A DNA stretch of 59,919 nt, from the NCBI GenBank assembly GCA_012517255.1, contig JAAYVH010000027.1, positions 1-59,919 of the forward strand, read 5' to 3'. The notes beneath the pieces were generated by a model. It did not search any database and was not told the origin of the DNA. It was given only the letters and a program-made list of their open reading frames with translations. Positions 1 through 10,813 of the stretch are shown here, in pieces (the stretch's first letter is position 1; each line of letters opens with the position of its first letter). Origin of the DNA: Chthonomonadales bacterium (lineage in GTDB: Bacteria; Armatimonadota; Chthonomonadetes; Chthonomonadales; CAJBBX01). The translations under genes and the position numbers were made by a program.

Positions 1-68
1 ACGGCAGTTCCGCTCGGCGGTTGATTCGCCCCTACGGTCTCTCCGAGGACGCTCTCCTCGGCCTGAAA

Positions 69-272
69 CGATCCGTCCACGTCATCGCGAGCGAAGCGAC
101 GCGATCCCGAACAGTCCATGGCGATCCGCCCACGGCATCGCGAGCGAAGCGGCGCGATCCCGAACAGTCCACGCCGATCGGCACTTTGGCGCCGCGACAA
201 GCGATGCCCACGATCCTTCGGGACTATCCGGTACGGATCCGTATGGACTTCGCCTGCGCTCGCAATCACGTG
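69..272. repeat. REP/MITE-like extragenic element: two 53-bp tandem copies plus one inverted copy
   Basis: 69-121 and 122-174 are near-identical (core CATCGCGAGCGAAGCG.CGCGATCCCGAACAGTCCA). 248-272 reverse-complements to CACGTGATTGCGAGCGCAGGCGAAG, matching 78-101. Confidence 0.75.
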
Positions 273-367
273 TGGGCGCGCCGGCGGCAATGGTGCGCAC
301 ACGTTGCGACGTGGCCCCCCGGGGCAACGAAGCCAAGTCGTCGTCAGGGCGTCAGGGCCGGCGTGCA

Positions 368-396
368 TTCGCAACGGCAGGGACGTCCGGTACACT
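368..396 (+). promoter_or_regulatory. Putative sigma70 promoter of dnaG-rpoD
   Basis: TTCGCA(368-373)-17 bp-TACACT(391-396), 9 bp before ATG 406; no SD sequence. Confidence 0.5.
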
Positions 397-405
397 CTTT
401 CTAGC

Positions 406-2283
406 ATGCAGGTCGACAAGGAAGAGATACGCGCACGCAGCGACATCGTGGAGATTATCGGCGCGGTGGTCCAGCTCCAGCGCCGCGGTCGCAACTGGGT
501 GGGGCTGTGCCCCTTCCATCAGGAGAAGACGCCCTCGTTCAATGTCGACCCTGTGACGCAGAGCTTCAAGTGCTTCGGCTGCGGTGCCTCGGGCGATGTG
601 TTCACATTCGTGGAGCGACACGAGAACATGTCGTTCATCGAAGCCGCCGAGCATCTGGCACGCCGAGCAGGCGTGGAACTGGCCCGGCGAGGAGGCGGAC
701 CGCCGCGGCCGCAGGGGGAACGCGAGGCGCTCTTCGACGCGAATGCCGCAGCGAACACCTATTTCCGCAAGACGCTATCCCAGGCGTCTGCGGCGATCGA
801 CTATCTGGCCCGCCGCGGCATCCTGCCGGAGACCGTCGAGAAGTGGCAGATCGGCTTCGCGCCCGATGCCTGGGATGGGCTCCTCAACTACCTCGTAAGC
901 CGTAAGTTCGATCTGCGCGTCGCTGAGCGGGCCGGCCTCATCCACAAGGCCCGCACCGGCAACTACGTGGACGCGTTCCGCAACCGGATCATCTTCCCGA
1001 TCCACGACGACCAGCAGCGCATCGTTGGTTTCGGCGGACGCGCGATGGGCGACGAGCCGCCGAAGTACCTGAACACGGGCGAGACACCGATTTTCACGAA
1101 GAGCAAGCTCCTCTTCGGGCTCCATCATGCTCGCAAGAGCATGGCAGAACAGGGGCACGCCCTTCTGATGGAGGGCTACACCGACGTGATCTCGGCGCAT
1201 CAGGCCGGTTTCACCGCGGCAGTCGCCACGCTGGGCACCTCGTTGACCACCGAACACGCCAAACGGCTCGCCCGCCTGTCGCCCCGCATCGTGATCGTCT
1301 ATGATGCAGACTCGGCGGGCATCAAGGCCGCACTGCGCGCCGCGACTGAGCTCGAACGCGAGTCGGCGCAGGTGCGGATCGTGGCGCTTCCTGCCGGCGA
1401 CGATCCCGATTCGCTCATTCGAGCCGGGCATGCCGACCGGCTGAAGCGGGCCATTGACAACGCCGTGACCAGAGTGCAGTTCGAGCTCGATCTGGCAGTC
1501 GCCGCGGCCGACCAGTCCACCGACGAGGGCCGTCATGAGCTCGTCCGCCGCGTGATCGCCATTCTGGCCACGGTTCCGACGCGCACCGAGCGTGACCTCT
1601 ATATCGAGCGCGTGTGGCAACTGCATCCGCTGAGCGTGCACGGTCCGGCGCTGGCCAAGCAGCAACTCCATCAGGATGCCGAGCAGGTTGCGGGACGCAA
1701 GGTAACGGCCATAGCGCCCCGTCAGACGTTCAACCACGGGCGCACGCGCTATGAGAGTCGGCGACGGGACGAAGGCCGTTCGTCCGGTCACGGCGCTTTC
1801 CCAGGGCGCGGGCCGAACCGTCAAGCCGTGGTGCCGCCGCCTTCAACCCGAGTCCATGCGTCGGAGCTGCTTCTCGTGAGGGCGCTCACGTCCGAGGGAC
1901 TCCGAGCCGATGCGCTCGACATGGTGACGCCGGACGACCTCCTGCATGAGACCGACCGACGCCTCTTTGCCCTCGTCGCCAAGCACCGTCAGGCATTGAC
2001 CGATGAAGCCAGCCTCATGCGTCTCGTGCGTGCCCAGAACGATGATCAGTTTTCGCAGGACGTTGCCGATCGTTTGCAGGAATCGCACGCCGTTACAGCG
2101 AATGAACCGCTGGATGCCGAGGTACTATCCGGCGCCGCTAAAACCATCCGTGAGCGGCGGCTCGCAACGGTCGAGGCTGAGATCGGGGCAATCCTGAAAT
2201 CGCGAGCTGTGCTTACTGAGGATGACCGAGAGCGTGTCAGGCAGCTTCAGGAAGTGCAGTCCAGGCTCCGAGGGTCTGCCTAG
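406..2283 (+). CDS. dnaG: DNA primase
   Basis: CHC2 zinc finger ([11 protein letters not shown]...CFGC), RIIFPI, FGGR, KYLN, TOPRIM EGYTD and DADSAG, DPD. Start moved from ORF 118 to ATG 406 ([18 protein letters not shown]). Confidence 0.97.
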   Translation: MQVDKEEIRARSDIVEIIGAVVQLQRRGRNWVGLCPFHQEKTPSFNVDPVTQSFKCFGCGASGDVFTFVERHENMSFIEAAEHLARRAGVELARRGGGPPRPQGEREALFDANAAANTYFRKTLSQASAAIDYLARRGILPETVEKWQIGFAPDAWDGLLNYLVSRKFDLRVAERAGLIHKARTGNYVDAFRNRIIFPIHDDQQRIVGFGGRAMGDEPPKYLNTGETPIFTKSKLLFGLHHARKSMAEQGHALLMEGYTDVISAHQAGFTAAVATLGTSLTTEHAKRLARLSPRIVIVYDADSAGIKAALRAATELERESAQVRIVALPAGDDPDSLIRAGHADRLKRAIDNAVTRVQFELDLAVAAADQSTDEGRHELVRRVIAILATVPTRTERDLYIERVWQLHPLSVHGPALAKQQLHQDAEQVAGRKVTAIAPRQTFNHGRTRYESRRRDEGRSSGHGAFPGRGPNRQAVVPPPSTRVHASELLLVRALTSEGLRADALDMVTPDDLLHETDRRLFALVAKHRQALTDEASLMRLVRAQNDDQFSQDVADRLQESHAVTANEPLDAEVLSGAAKTIRERRLATVEAEIGAILKSRAVLTEDDRERVRQLQEVQSRLRGSA

Positions 2284-2303
2284 CCGCATCGGATGACGAG
2301 AGG

Positions 2304-3434
2304 GTGGCGACAGTGGAAGGTCTGGCAATAGAGGATCTCAAGGATTCCGCGGAGTTTCAGCGACTGCTGGGCTGCGGCAGGGACCGTGGATACCTGACGT
2401 ATGACGAGATCAATGAGTCGTTACCTGCGGAAGACATTTACGCCGATGCCATAGACGATATTCTGCAGGAGTTCGCCGATGCCGGCATTCAGGTGCTCGC
2501 CCATCCGAAGACCGACGATGAACCGGCCGTCGAGCCCGATGCTCCCATTCACGCCGACGCGAAGGACGAGCGCTCCGAGGATGACCCCGCAGCCATCGAG
2601 GGTCTTCCTCTTGACGATTCGGTGCGCATGTGGCTGCGCGAGATTGGCCGTACCCCCCTGCTGACGATGGAGCGGGAGATCGAACTGGCCAGGCGCATCG
2701 AGCGGGGCGACGCAACGGCGAAGGAGGAGCTTACTCGGGCCAATCTGCGCCTCGTCGTATCTATAGCGAAGCGCTACACCGGCCGAGGCATGTCCTTCCC
2801 GGACCTGATCCAGGAGGGCAATATCGGCCTGATGCGTGCCGTCGAAAAGTTCGACTTCCGCAAGGGCTACAAGTTCAGCACCTACGCCACATGGTGGATT
2901 CGACAGGCCATCACGCGCGCCATCGCCGATCAGGGCCGCACCATCCGCATCCCGGTGCACATGGTGGAGACGATCAACCGGTTCATCCGGGCCAGCAGCC
3001 ACCTGTTGCAGGAGTTACGGCGCGAGCCGACGCTCGAAGAGATCGCTCGCGAACTCGAGATGCCCATAGAGCGCGTGGCCGAAATAGTGCGCATCGCGCC
3101 CGAGCCCCTATCGCTGGAGGCGCCGGTTGGTGACGAGGAGGACACGCATCTGGCGGACTTCGTCGAGGATCATCAGACGGTGTCGCCATCGGAAGCCGCA
3201 TCGCACCTCATGTTGCGCCAGAGAATCGAAGAGGCGCTGGATATGCTCACGCCTCGCGAGCGCGATGTGCTGATCATGCGCTTCGGCCTTGCCGACGGCT
3301 GTTCGCGCACGCTGGAAGAGGTTGGACGCCACTTCCGTGTAACCCGCGAGCGCATACGTCAGATCGAGGCCAAAGCCCTGCGCAAACTGCGCAGCCCCAA
3401 TCGCAGCCGCAAGCTGCGCGACCTGCTGGGATAG
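2304..3434 (+). CDS. rpoD: RNA polymerase primary sigma factor
   Basis: Region 1.1 (GYLTYDEIN), 1.2 ([11 protein letters not shown]), 2 ([24 protein letters not shown]), 4 ([13 protein letters not shown]); directly follows dnaG. Confidence 0.97.
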   Translation: MATVEGLAIEDLKDSAEFQRLLGCGRDRGYLTYDEINESLPAEDIYADAIDDILQEFADAGIQVLAHPKTDDEPAVEPDAPIHADAKDERSEDDPAAIEGLPLDDSVRMWLREIGRTPLLTMEREIELARRIERGDATAKEELTRANLRLVVSIAKRYTGRGMSFPDLIQEGNIGLMRAVEKFDFRKGYKFSTYATWWIRQAITRAIADQGRTIRIPVHMVETINRFIRASSHLLQELRREPTLEEIARELEMPIERVAEIVRIAPEPLSLEAPVGDEEDTHLADFVEDHQTVSPSEAASHLMLRQRIEEALDMLTPRERDVLIMRFGLADGCSRTLEEVGRHFRVTRERIRQIEAKALRKLRSPNRSRKLRDLLG

Positions 3435-3539
3435 TCTACGCCCGGCCCGGCGTGCTGGTTACCGCACAGCGAAGATCCAGGCCGGAGCTCTGAACACGCC
3501 ATGCGCCGCGATCACGGCGCAGAAAGGAAACATGTACTC

Positions 3540-6500
3540 ATGCGACGTCTGAGCATGCCGCGGACCCGCATTCGCCGGCTAACGGTGTTCGCGTTGCTAG
3601 CAGTACTCGGAGGAGCAGCGGCGTTCAGCCTGGCTCAATCGGGACGGAAGGAGAGGGCGGTGGAGACGCCCAACGACAAAGGCACGTCTGCCGCGCGACA
3701 GGCATACACGCTTTCGCCGCCTGAAGCCGGCATCATCGCAGGCGCCATCGTTCAGCGCGACGCAGCCACAGGGCGGGTGCTGCGCGTACGCGGCGAGGTG
3801 CCCATGCCCGGAGCGCGATCGCCTGAACAGGCCGCCGAGCGGTTCCTGAAGGCGAACGCGGAGACGCTGGGGATTGCGCCCAACCTCGGGAACCTCGCGC
3901 ATGCCCGGACCGTTTCGAGCCTGACAGGCCACCACATTACCTACCAGCAGGTTCTGGCAGGATTGCCCGTGCTGGGCGGTCAGGTATCGGTCCACACGAA
4001 CAAGAACCTGGCTGTGGTGCTCGTGAACAACGGCTCGATCAAGATCAAGGGCGCTCTCCCCGCCGTTGCGCCAGGCAATCCCAATGCTGCGATCGGCGTC
4101 GCCCTGAACGCCCTCACGCTGGAGGTTCCGCCTACCATTCCCCCTGCCGCGTCCCTCGCCGTATTTGTCCAGAACGACCAGCCTCTGTTGGTCTGGAAGG
4201 TAAACGTCGAGACGCGGAAGCCCGCCGGCTCCTGGGAGATCCTCGTGTCGGTTCCGGACGGCAAGGTCCTCCAGAAGGTCAATCGCGCCCGCTTTGTCGA
4301 CGGCGTCGGCATGGTGTTCCTCCCGAACCCGGTCAACACGTCCGGCAACGCCAACCTTGCCGATGACAACGACCAGGACTCGGCCGCCCTCACCAACGAG
4401 CGCGTCGCCGTGACGCTCAAAGACCTCGATGGATCCGGGTTTCTGCAGGGCCCGTACTGCACGACTGCTCCCACCGACATGCAGCCGCGCGCCAATGAGC
4501 CGGGCCTGAGCTATGACTACACCCGCTCGGACGACCGCTTCGAAGAGGTCATGTGTTACTACCACATTGACGCGGCCCAGCGGCATATCCAGAGCCTTGG
4601 CTTCACGAACGTCAACAACCGCCAGCAAGGCATGAATGTCAACGGGAGCGAGGAGGACAACGCCTGGTACTCGCCCTGGACCGGCGATATCACCATGGGC
4701 ACGGGCGGCGTGGACGATGCCGAGGACGCCCATGTGATATGGCACGAGTACGGCCACGCGATTCAGGACAACCAGGTGCCGGGGTTCGGCGCAAGCCATG
4801 AGGCTGGCTCGATGGGCGAAGGCTTCGGCGACTACTGGGCTTTAACCACGTTCGCAGGGCTCGGCCCCAATGCGCCAGCCTGGGATGTCTATGTGGCCAC
4901 GTGGGACGCGACCTCTTACGCTCCCGGCAATCCCGCGTATCTGCGCCGCGTTGACGGCACCAAGCACTATCCCGAGGGCATGATCGGCGAAGTGCACGCC
5001 GACGGCGAGATCTGGAGCGCGTGCCTCTGGCAGGTGCGCGAGATCGTCGGCGCCGTTCGATCGGACACCATCATTCTCGAGTCCCATTTCAGACTGGCGC
5101 CGGACGCCTCCTTCCAGGATGGCGCTCTGGCCATCCTGGCGGCCAACCGTGATCTGTATGGCGGCGCCGACGGCGATGCAATCATGCAGGTGTTCGTGGA
5201 TCGCGGCATTCTGCTGGATCCGCGTCTGACTGCGCTGTCTGTCGGGTCGCTGCCAACGCGCGCGGGCTCCGACGTCGTCCTCAGCGCGACGCTCATTCGG
5301 CGCCTGGATGACAGTCCGATCGCAGGCAAGGAGGTCAGCTTCACGGTTGACGGTACAGGCGTCGGCTCTGCTCTGACCAGTGCCGGCGGCGTGGCTGAGC
5401 TGCCTTTCACCGTTCCGGCAGACGCTCAGCCCGGCGACTACATCGTGACAGCCGACTTTGCCGGCGACGAGGAGGCCTTCGCCGCCTCCGGAGACGGAAA
5501 GCTGTATGTCCTGGAGATGTCGCATATCGCCGGATCGGTGACCGATTCCGGCGTGGGAATGGAGGGCGTGCCTGTCACTCTAACTGCCGCAGATCCGAAG
5601 GCGAGCGATGCTCCCAACGCTCCCATACCCGACGGTGACCCAGGCGGCGTGGAAGTCGCGCTCGAGCTGCGCAACACCGGGACGGTGGGCGACGTAAGCG
5701 TGAGCGTCGACATCGCCCACACGTGGATCGGCGATCTCGAGGTTGCTCTCATTCACCCGGACGGCACCACGGTGCTCCTGCACAATATGACGGGCGGCAG
5801 CGACGACAACATCGTCACGACCTATCCGACCCTGACGCCTCCGGCGGAGAGCCTCAGCGTGCTGCAAGGCAAACCTATCGCAGGAACCTGGAAGCTGCGC
5901 GTGCGTGACTACTACCAGCAGGACAGCGGAACCATTCGGTCGTGGGGCCTGAGCATCGGCAGAGAGACGCCTCTCATCGTTGATACGGTCACCGGACCCG
6001 ACGGAACGTACCTGGCAACAGACCTCGAGCCTGGGACATGGCGCGTCGCTCCCAACAATGGACACTCGGCATTCAAGCCGGAGTTCCGGGACATCACGGT
6101 CGGCCCCAGCCGGGACGGGGTGGACTTCGCTCTGAACAGCTTCACCATCGCCGGCAAGGCCACGGTCAACAACCAGCCTGCCGAGGATGTGCTGGTGACG
6201 CTTACCAGCCCACAGGACCAGGCTATCAGTTACTGGGACTGGCCGGGCGTCGAAATCCCTGACAACAACACGAAGGGCATCGAGTCGCCCATCACGATCA
6301 CCGATCCGGGAACCATCACGGATATCCGCGTGGGTGTCAGTATCACCCATCCGTACATCGCGGATCTCGAGGTATCGCTGATCCATCCGGACGGCACGCG
6401 CGTGCGCCTGCACAATCGAACGGGCGGCAATGCTCGGGACATCGTCACGAGCTATCCCGACCAGACGCGCCCAGCCGAGAGCCTATCGGCGCTGGTGGGC

Positions 6501-7940
6501 AAGCCTGTTGCCGGCACATGGAAGCTGCGCGTTCGCGACCTCAACTACTACGACGTCGGAACGCTCAACGGGTGGGGACTGGATCTCGCCATCTCAGGCT
6601 TCGCCGATCGCGTGACGACGACGGGGCCCGACGGCGCCTATTCCTTCGAGGACTGCATCGGAGGCACGCATAGTCTGGTCGCCAGGAAAGGCTGGCTCTC
6701 GTTCGATCCGAACCCTGCTGTGGTCGTCGTTGGTCCTCACCAGATGAACGTTGACTTTGCTGCCGTTGGTACGAGGACCGCTCTGACCGTACCGCCGACA
6801 GCCGGCGATCGCGGCGAGACCGTGGACCTGACGGCCGTCCTCACAACGGACGGCGGCGACCCGATCAGCGATCAGCAGATCGCCTTCGCCGTTGACGGCA
6901 CAGCGGTAGGCGAAGCAGTGACAGACGCGTCGGGAGTTGCCTCGCTGCCGTTCGCCATCCCCGGCGACGCTGTGATTGGTGACCTCGCTGTGCAGGCCGA
7001 CTTCATGGGTGCAGACCCGTACTTGCCCGCCACGGCAGTCGGTACCCTTACCGTCAAGGGGGCCCAGGTGCTTATCTACGGCCTCGATAGAACCGGCGTG
7101 ATCGGGTATTCCGTGGATCTGCGGGCGTTCCTGTACACGGCGGTTGGCCGCAATCCCATCCCCGGAAAGACGATCGGGTTCGCGGTGAACGGAACGCCGG
7201 TCGGCGATGCAGAGACAAGCGACACCGGGCGCGCCTCGCTCCCGTATGTTGTGGCTGGTCCGGCTGGCACCTACCCGCTGACGTTCACGTTTGCGGGCGA
7301 CATGGACTTCGGTCCCGGAACCGCATCTGCGACGCTGACCGCCCAGAAGCTGGCAACCAGCATCATCATCTCCGATCGGACCGGCAAGATCGCGAGCGCC
7401 ACGTCGCTCCGCGCGTTCCTCTACTCCCAGCCCGGATCCAAACCGCTGCAGGGCAAGTCGGTGGACTTCAGCGTCGACGGCACGGCGGCCGGCTCTGCCG
7501 TGACCACGCCCACAGGCCGCGCCCTCCTCTACTATCCGGTGCCGGATGAGAACGGTGCCGGAACCCGCACCATCCAGGCTTCGTTCGCCGGCGAGCCGGG
7601 ATATGAACCGGTGGCCGGCACGGCAACCCTGACAGTGGATCGGGCGCCGGTCTACATCTGGGCCACTGCAAAGACGATCATCGCCGGCCAGACGGCGACC
7701 TTGCGGGCGTACGTCCGGCGTCTGCCGGACTACCAGTGGCTGCCCGGACGCCCGATCACGTTCGCCGTGGACGGCACGGATGTCGGGGTCGCCGATACCG
7801 ACGGCAGCGGCGTGGCTCGCTTCAGTTACGCAGGCTCTGCCGCGCTGGTACCCGGGACCTACGGGTTCACGGCATCCTTCGCCGGTGATGCCTGGGTTGC
7901 GCCGGGCAGCGGCACAGGCCAGTTCAAGATCCTGCCGTAG
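3540..7940 (+). CDS. Secreted M36/M4-type zinc metalloprotease with FTP/PepSY propeptide, two proprotein-convertase P domains and Ig-like repeats
   Basis: Signal peptide, HEYGH plus downstream EGFGD, two HTW/HPY-IxDLEVxLIHPDGT...GTWKLRVRD domains, repeated FxVDGTxVG Ig-like units; AGAAAGGA SD before ATG 3540. Confidence 0.85.
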   Translation: MRRLSMPRTRIRRLTVFALLAVLGGAAAFSLAQSGRKERAVETPNDKGTSAARQAYTLSPPEAGIIAGAIVQRDAATGRVLRVRGEVPMPGARSPEQAAERFLKANAETLGIAPNLGNLAHARTVSSLTGHHITYQQVLAGLPVLGGQVSVHTNKNLAVVLVNNGSIKIKGALPAVAPGNPNAAIGVALNALTLEVPPTIPPAASLAVFVQNDQPLLVWKVNVETRKPAGSWEILVSVPDGKVLQKVNRARFVDGVGMVFLPNPVNTSGNANLADDNDQDSAALTNERVAVTLKDLDGSGFLQGPYCTTAPTDMQPRANEPGLSYDYTRSDDRFEEVMCYYHIDAAQRHIQSLGFTNVNNRQQGMNVNGSEEDNAWYSPWTGDITMGTGGVDDAEDAHVIWHEYGHAIQDNQVPGFGASHEAGSMGEGFGDYWALTTFAGLGPNAPAWDVYVATWDATSYAPGNPAYLRRVDGTKHYPEGMIGEVHADGEIWSACLWQVREIVGAVRSDTIILESHFRLAPDASFQDGALAILAANRDLYGGADGDAIMQVFVDRGILLDPRLTALSVGSLPTRAGSDVVLSATLIRRLDDSPIAGKEVSFTVDGTGVGSALTSAGGVAELPFTVPADAQPGDYIVTADFAGDEEAFAASGDGKLYVLEMSHIAGSVTDSGVGMEGVPVTLTAADPKASDAPNAPIPDGDPGGVEVALELRNTGTVGDVSVSVDIAHTWIGDLEVALIHPDGTTVLLHNMTGGSDDNIVTTYPTLTPPAESLSVLQGKPIAGTWKLRVRDYYQQDSGTIRSWGLSIGRETPLIVDTVTGPDGTYLATDLEPGTWRVAPNNGHSAFKPEFRDITVGPSRDGVDFALNSFTIAGKATVNNQPAEDVLVTLTSPQDQAISYWDWPGVEIPDNNTKGIESPITITDPGTITDIRVGVSITHPYIADLEVSLIHPDGTRVRLHNRTGGNARDIVTSYPDQTRPAESLSALVGKPVAGTWKLRVRDLNYYDVGTLNGWGLDLAISGFADRVTTTGPDGAYSFEDCIGGTHSLVARKGWLSFDPNPAVVVVGPHQMNVDFAAVGTRTALTVPPTAGDRGETVDLTAVLTTDGGDPISDQQIAFAVDGTAVGEAVTDASGVASLPFAIPGDAVIGDLAVQADFMGADPYLPATAVGTLTVKGAQVLIYGLDRTGVIGYSVDLRAFLYTAVGRNPIPGKTIGFAVNGTPVGDAETSDTGRASLPYVVAGPAGTYPLTFTFAGDMDFGPGTASATLTAQKLATSIIISDRTGKIASATSLRAFLYSQPGSKPLQGKSVDFSVDGTAAGSAVTTPTGRALLYYPVPDENGAGTRTIQASFAGEPGYEPVAGTATLTVDRAPVYIWATAKTIIAGQTATLRAYVRRLPDYQWLPGRPITFAVDGTDVGVADTDGSGVARFSYAGSAALVPGTYGFTASFAGDAWVAPGSGTGQFKILP

Positions 7941-7966
7941 CTCACTGGCGGCAGTTGCTCCGCACC

Positions 7967-9097
7967 TTAGCCTGCAGGGGGAACGTTCCCCTGCAGGCTT
8001 TTTCTGGTCGTCTCGTAGAGACTCTCCAGGCGGTCCAGCATTGCATCGAGCGAAAAGTGCGCATGCACCCGCTCACGCCCTGCTTCGCCAAGTCTCGTGC
8101 GCAATACCGGGTCCTGTGCCAGCCGGATGAGCGCGTCCGCCAGCGCCACCGGGTCCTCGGGCGGCACGAGCAGACCCGTCAGACCGTCTTCGATGACTTC
8201 GGGAAGCCCTCCGACGCCCGATGCCACCACCGCCACGCCAAGCGCCATCGATTCCAGCGCAACCAGGCCCTGCCCCTCCATTCGCGACGGCACGGCGACA
8301 GCATCGGCGACAGCCAGCCACGCAGCCAGCTCCGGAACGTGACCAACAAGGCGCACATGATCGGTCAGGCCGGTCGCCGCCGCCTGTGCCAGCAGACGAT
8401 CGCGCTCCGGCCCTGCGCCGCACAGCACGAGGTCTGCTGCAATGGACGTGTGGCGCAGACGACCGAAGGCCTCAATGAGCACGTCGAAGCCCTTTTCGGG
8501 GGCCAGGCGGCCGGCTCCCATCACGACAAACCGGTCTGGGCTCAGGCCCAGGTCTCCACGCTGTTGTGCTGGTCGGCTGGCCGGAACGCGGACGCCGTTC
8601 GGCACCACGGTCACCTTCTGGGCCGGCACGCCTAGATGAACAAGCCTGTCGGCAACCGCGCCCGACACCGCCACGACTGCCCTTGCAGCGAGGACGGAAC
8701 GCTTGAGCGCCCATCGCCGTGATGCGGTCAGTCGGCCTGGCACGTTGTGTGCCGTCATCACCATCGGCGTTCGCGAGAGGCAGGCCGCCCATCCCCCGAT
8801 CCACGCAGCTCGCAGTCCGTGCGCGTGGATGACGCCATGCGATCGTGCCGCCCTGGCGACCCGCGCGATGGCGATCAGGTCACCTGCTGGATGAAATGAG
8901 CCGCGGATCGGTGCATCCACCGCCACGGAGATCCTATCCGCCCAGGTGGGCAGATGGACGGTGGGGCCGGCTACCGTGCACGCAATGCCGCGCGCTCTCA
9001 TCCCGTCGCACACGTCGGCGACATGACGCAGCATGCCGCCCGCCGCAGGCCGCAGCACCTGCAGAACGCTGAACCGGATGGCCCCATCATCCGTCAT
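7967..9097 (-). CDS. GT4 (GT-B) glycosyltransferase
   Basis: GGMLRHV, IHAHG, PNGV, GRLAPEKG, PSRMEGQGLVALESMALG, GGLPEVI; AAGGAG SD before ATG 9097. Confidence 0.92.
   Translation of the reverse strand: MTDDGAIRFSVLQVLRPAAGGMLRHVADVCDGMRARGIACTVAGPTVHLPTWADRISVAVDAPIRGSFHPAGDLIAIARVARAARSHGVIHAHGLRAAWIGGWAACLSRTPMVMTAHNVPGRLTASRRWALKRSVLAARAVVAVSGAVADRLVHLGVPAQKVTVVPNGVRVPASRPAQQRGDLGLSPDRFVVMGAGRLAPEKGFDVLIEAFGRLRHTSIAADLVLCGAGPERDRLLAQAAATGLTDHVRLVGHVPELAAWLAVADAVAVPSRMEGQGLVALESMALGVAVVASGVGGLPEVIEDGLTGLLVPPEDPVALADALIRLAQDPVLRTRLGEAGRERVHAHFSLDAMLDRLESLYETTRKSLQGNVPPAG
7969..8003 (+). terminator. Intrinsic terminator of the protease gene
   Basis: AGCCTGCAGGGG/CCCCTGCAGGCT 12-bp stem followed by a T-run; overlaps the 3' end of the convergent GT4 gene. 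Confidence 0.8.
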
Positions 9098-9201
9098 ACG
9101 TGGGCTCCTTTCGTACTCCGAGGCTCCGTTTCCTGCGACCTCCGGCCGCTGGGGAAGGACGGCCGCCATGGCGCGGCGTATGATAGCGATGGGAGGCTCC
9201 G

Positions 9202-10797
9202 ATGAGATCATGTCCGGTGTGCAGGCTATTCCTGGCGGAACGCGAGTGGCAGGGCAGTCCGAGGCTCGTATGCGCCAGCTGCGGCGGCGTCTGGCTGGAT
9301 GGTCCAGCGTTCGACAGTCTGGCTTCTGTGGCCAACTCGCCGCTGCCGGAACCGGACACGCTGTCGCCCGGCACGTCACAGCCGAGCGCGTTCGAAGGTC
9401 TGCTCCGCCTGTGTCCCGACTGCAAGACGACGGCGCTTGAGCTGACGGACGTCGAGAGCCTCGGACGGGAGATCCATCGTTGCCCGAAGTGCCGCGGTGT
9501 ATGGTGGCAGCCCCGACCGCCAGCCTCTCCGGCTCCGTCTGAACCGCCGCGACCACTTGCGGTGTCCGAGAGCGCTGCCACGCCGTCACCGGCTGCCGCT
9601 GCGCCAACGGCCCTCGATGAGGAGTATGGCCTCGCCGCTAACATGCCTGATCGTGATACGGGGCCGATCCTGCCGCTGTCGCTTTCGCCGGCTGCTCCGG
9701 AACTTGCAGAGATACAAGAGCTACCCGTCCATGGCCCCGACGATGCCTGGAAACGGCTCGTGGACGGTAACGCTCGATTTGCGGCAGGCCTGGCCCGGCA
9801 TCCGCGCAACTCACCGGATCGTGCGTCCGAGGTCGTAACTGGCCAGCATCCCTTTGCCGTCGTCGTATGCTGCTCGGATTCCCGCGTTCCGCCGGAGATC
9901 GTCTTTGATCAGGGCCTTGGCGATCTCTTCGTCGTCCGGTCCGCTGGCCACGTTCTGGCTTCCACCACCATGGCCAGCATCCTCTATGCCGTGGACCATC
10001 TGCACGTTCCGCTCGTGGTGGTCCTCGGCCATTCGGACTGCGGCGCCGTGACGGCCGCGGTCCGGTCGTCGGGCAGCCATCCGACCTATCTGGAGCCCCT
10101 CTTGCGCGTGCTCCGGCCTGCTGCCGAGCTAGCCGCGCCGCTTCGTGGCGATGCCGTGTGGGAGACGGTGCGCATTCACGCGGCGAGAAGCGCCGAACGG
10201 GTCAGCGAGGCCATAGGTTCGAATCTGCCGGATCTGCCGTCCTGCCGCGTGCAGGTGGTCAGCGCCGTCTATGATCTCCGCACCCGCCTCGTCGAGCGGC
10301 TCCCGGACACTCCGAAGGAGCCGAAGCCTGCCGAGGCCCATCATCCGCAGGCTGAGCCTGCCTCCGATCATAGCTTGAGCGCGTCACGCCCCGATGCCCC
10401 GCCCAGCCATGCTGACGCGGCTGCGGAGCTGACCCCGCCGGGCGACGCCGTCGCATCGCGATATCCGCGGTGGTGCCCGCGATGTCGCGGAGGCTTCGGG
10501 GCGCAGACTGCGCTCTGTCCCCGGTGCGGGGTGGTGCTGGTCCAGCCATGGTACAGGGTACCGTGCCTGAAGTGCAAGAAAGACAACCTCATCGGTCTGG
10601 ACCGGTGCTGGAACTGCAGGGCCGATCTACATCCTGACTGGCTCGTCTCGGGAGGCCGGGCGCCATCGCCGCCCAAGGTGTCTCTCAGACCGGTCATCAC
10701 GACACAGCGTGACGGCTCGCAGGGCTGCAGCACCAGCATCGTCCTATGGGCTGGAGTTGTCGCGCTGGGCTACGCGCTGCTGACCCGGCTGCTCTAG
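9202..10797 (+). CDS. Beta-class carbonic anhydrase fused to zinc ribbons and a C-terminal TM anchor
   Basis: CSDSR, GDLFVVRSAGH and LGHSDCGAV motifs; two N-terminal CxxC...CxxCxGVW units; C-terminal double zinc ribbon; hydrophobic tail; GGGAGG SD and TATGAT -10. Confidence 0.88.
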   Translation: MRSCPVCRLFLAEREWQGSPRLVCASCGGVWLDGPAFDSLASVANSPLPEPDTLSPGTSQPSAFEGLLRLCPDCKTTALELTDVESLGREIHRCPKCRGVWWQPRPPASPAPSEPPRPLAVSESAATPSPAAAAPTALDEEYGLAANMPDRDTGPILPLSLSPAAPELAEIQELPVHGPDDAWKRLVDGNARFAAGLARHPRNSPDRASEVVTGQHPFAVVVCCSDSRVPPEIVFDQGLGDLFVVRSAGHVLASTTMASILYAVDHLHVPLVVVLGHSDCGAVTAAVRSSGSHPTYLEPLLRVLRPAAELAAPLRGDAVWETVRIHAARSAERVSEAIGSNLPDLPSCRVQVVSAVYDLRTRLVERLPDTPKEPKPAEAHHPQAEPASDHSLSASRPDAPPSHADAAAELTPPGDAVASRYPRWCPRCRGGFGAQTALCPRCGVVLVQPWYRVPCLKCKKDNLIGLDRCWNCRADLHPDWLVSGGRAPSPPKVSLRPVITTQRDGSQGCSTSIVLWAGVVALGYALLTRLL

Positions 10798-10813
10798 CAG
10801 ACACGCTAGAGGC

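Noticed and set aside
69-174. Possible mini-CRISPR
   Set aside because: Two contiguous 53-bp copies with no unique spacers and no cas genes.
118-405. 96-aa N-terminal extension of DnaG
   Set aside because: It runs through the repeat element and promoter; the primase domain begins at ATG 406.
9098-9607. N-terminal extension of the GT4 ORF overlapping the carbonic anhydrase gene
   Set aside because: SD and domain start support ATG 9097; the genes are divergent, not overlapping.
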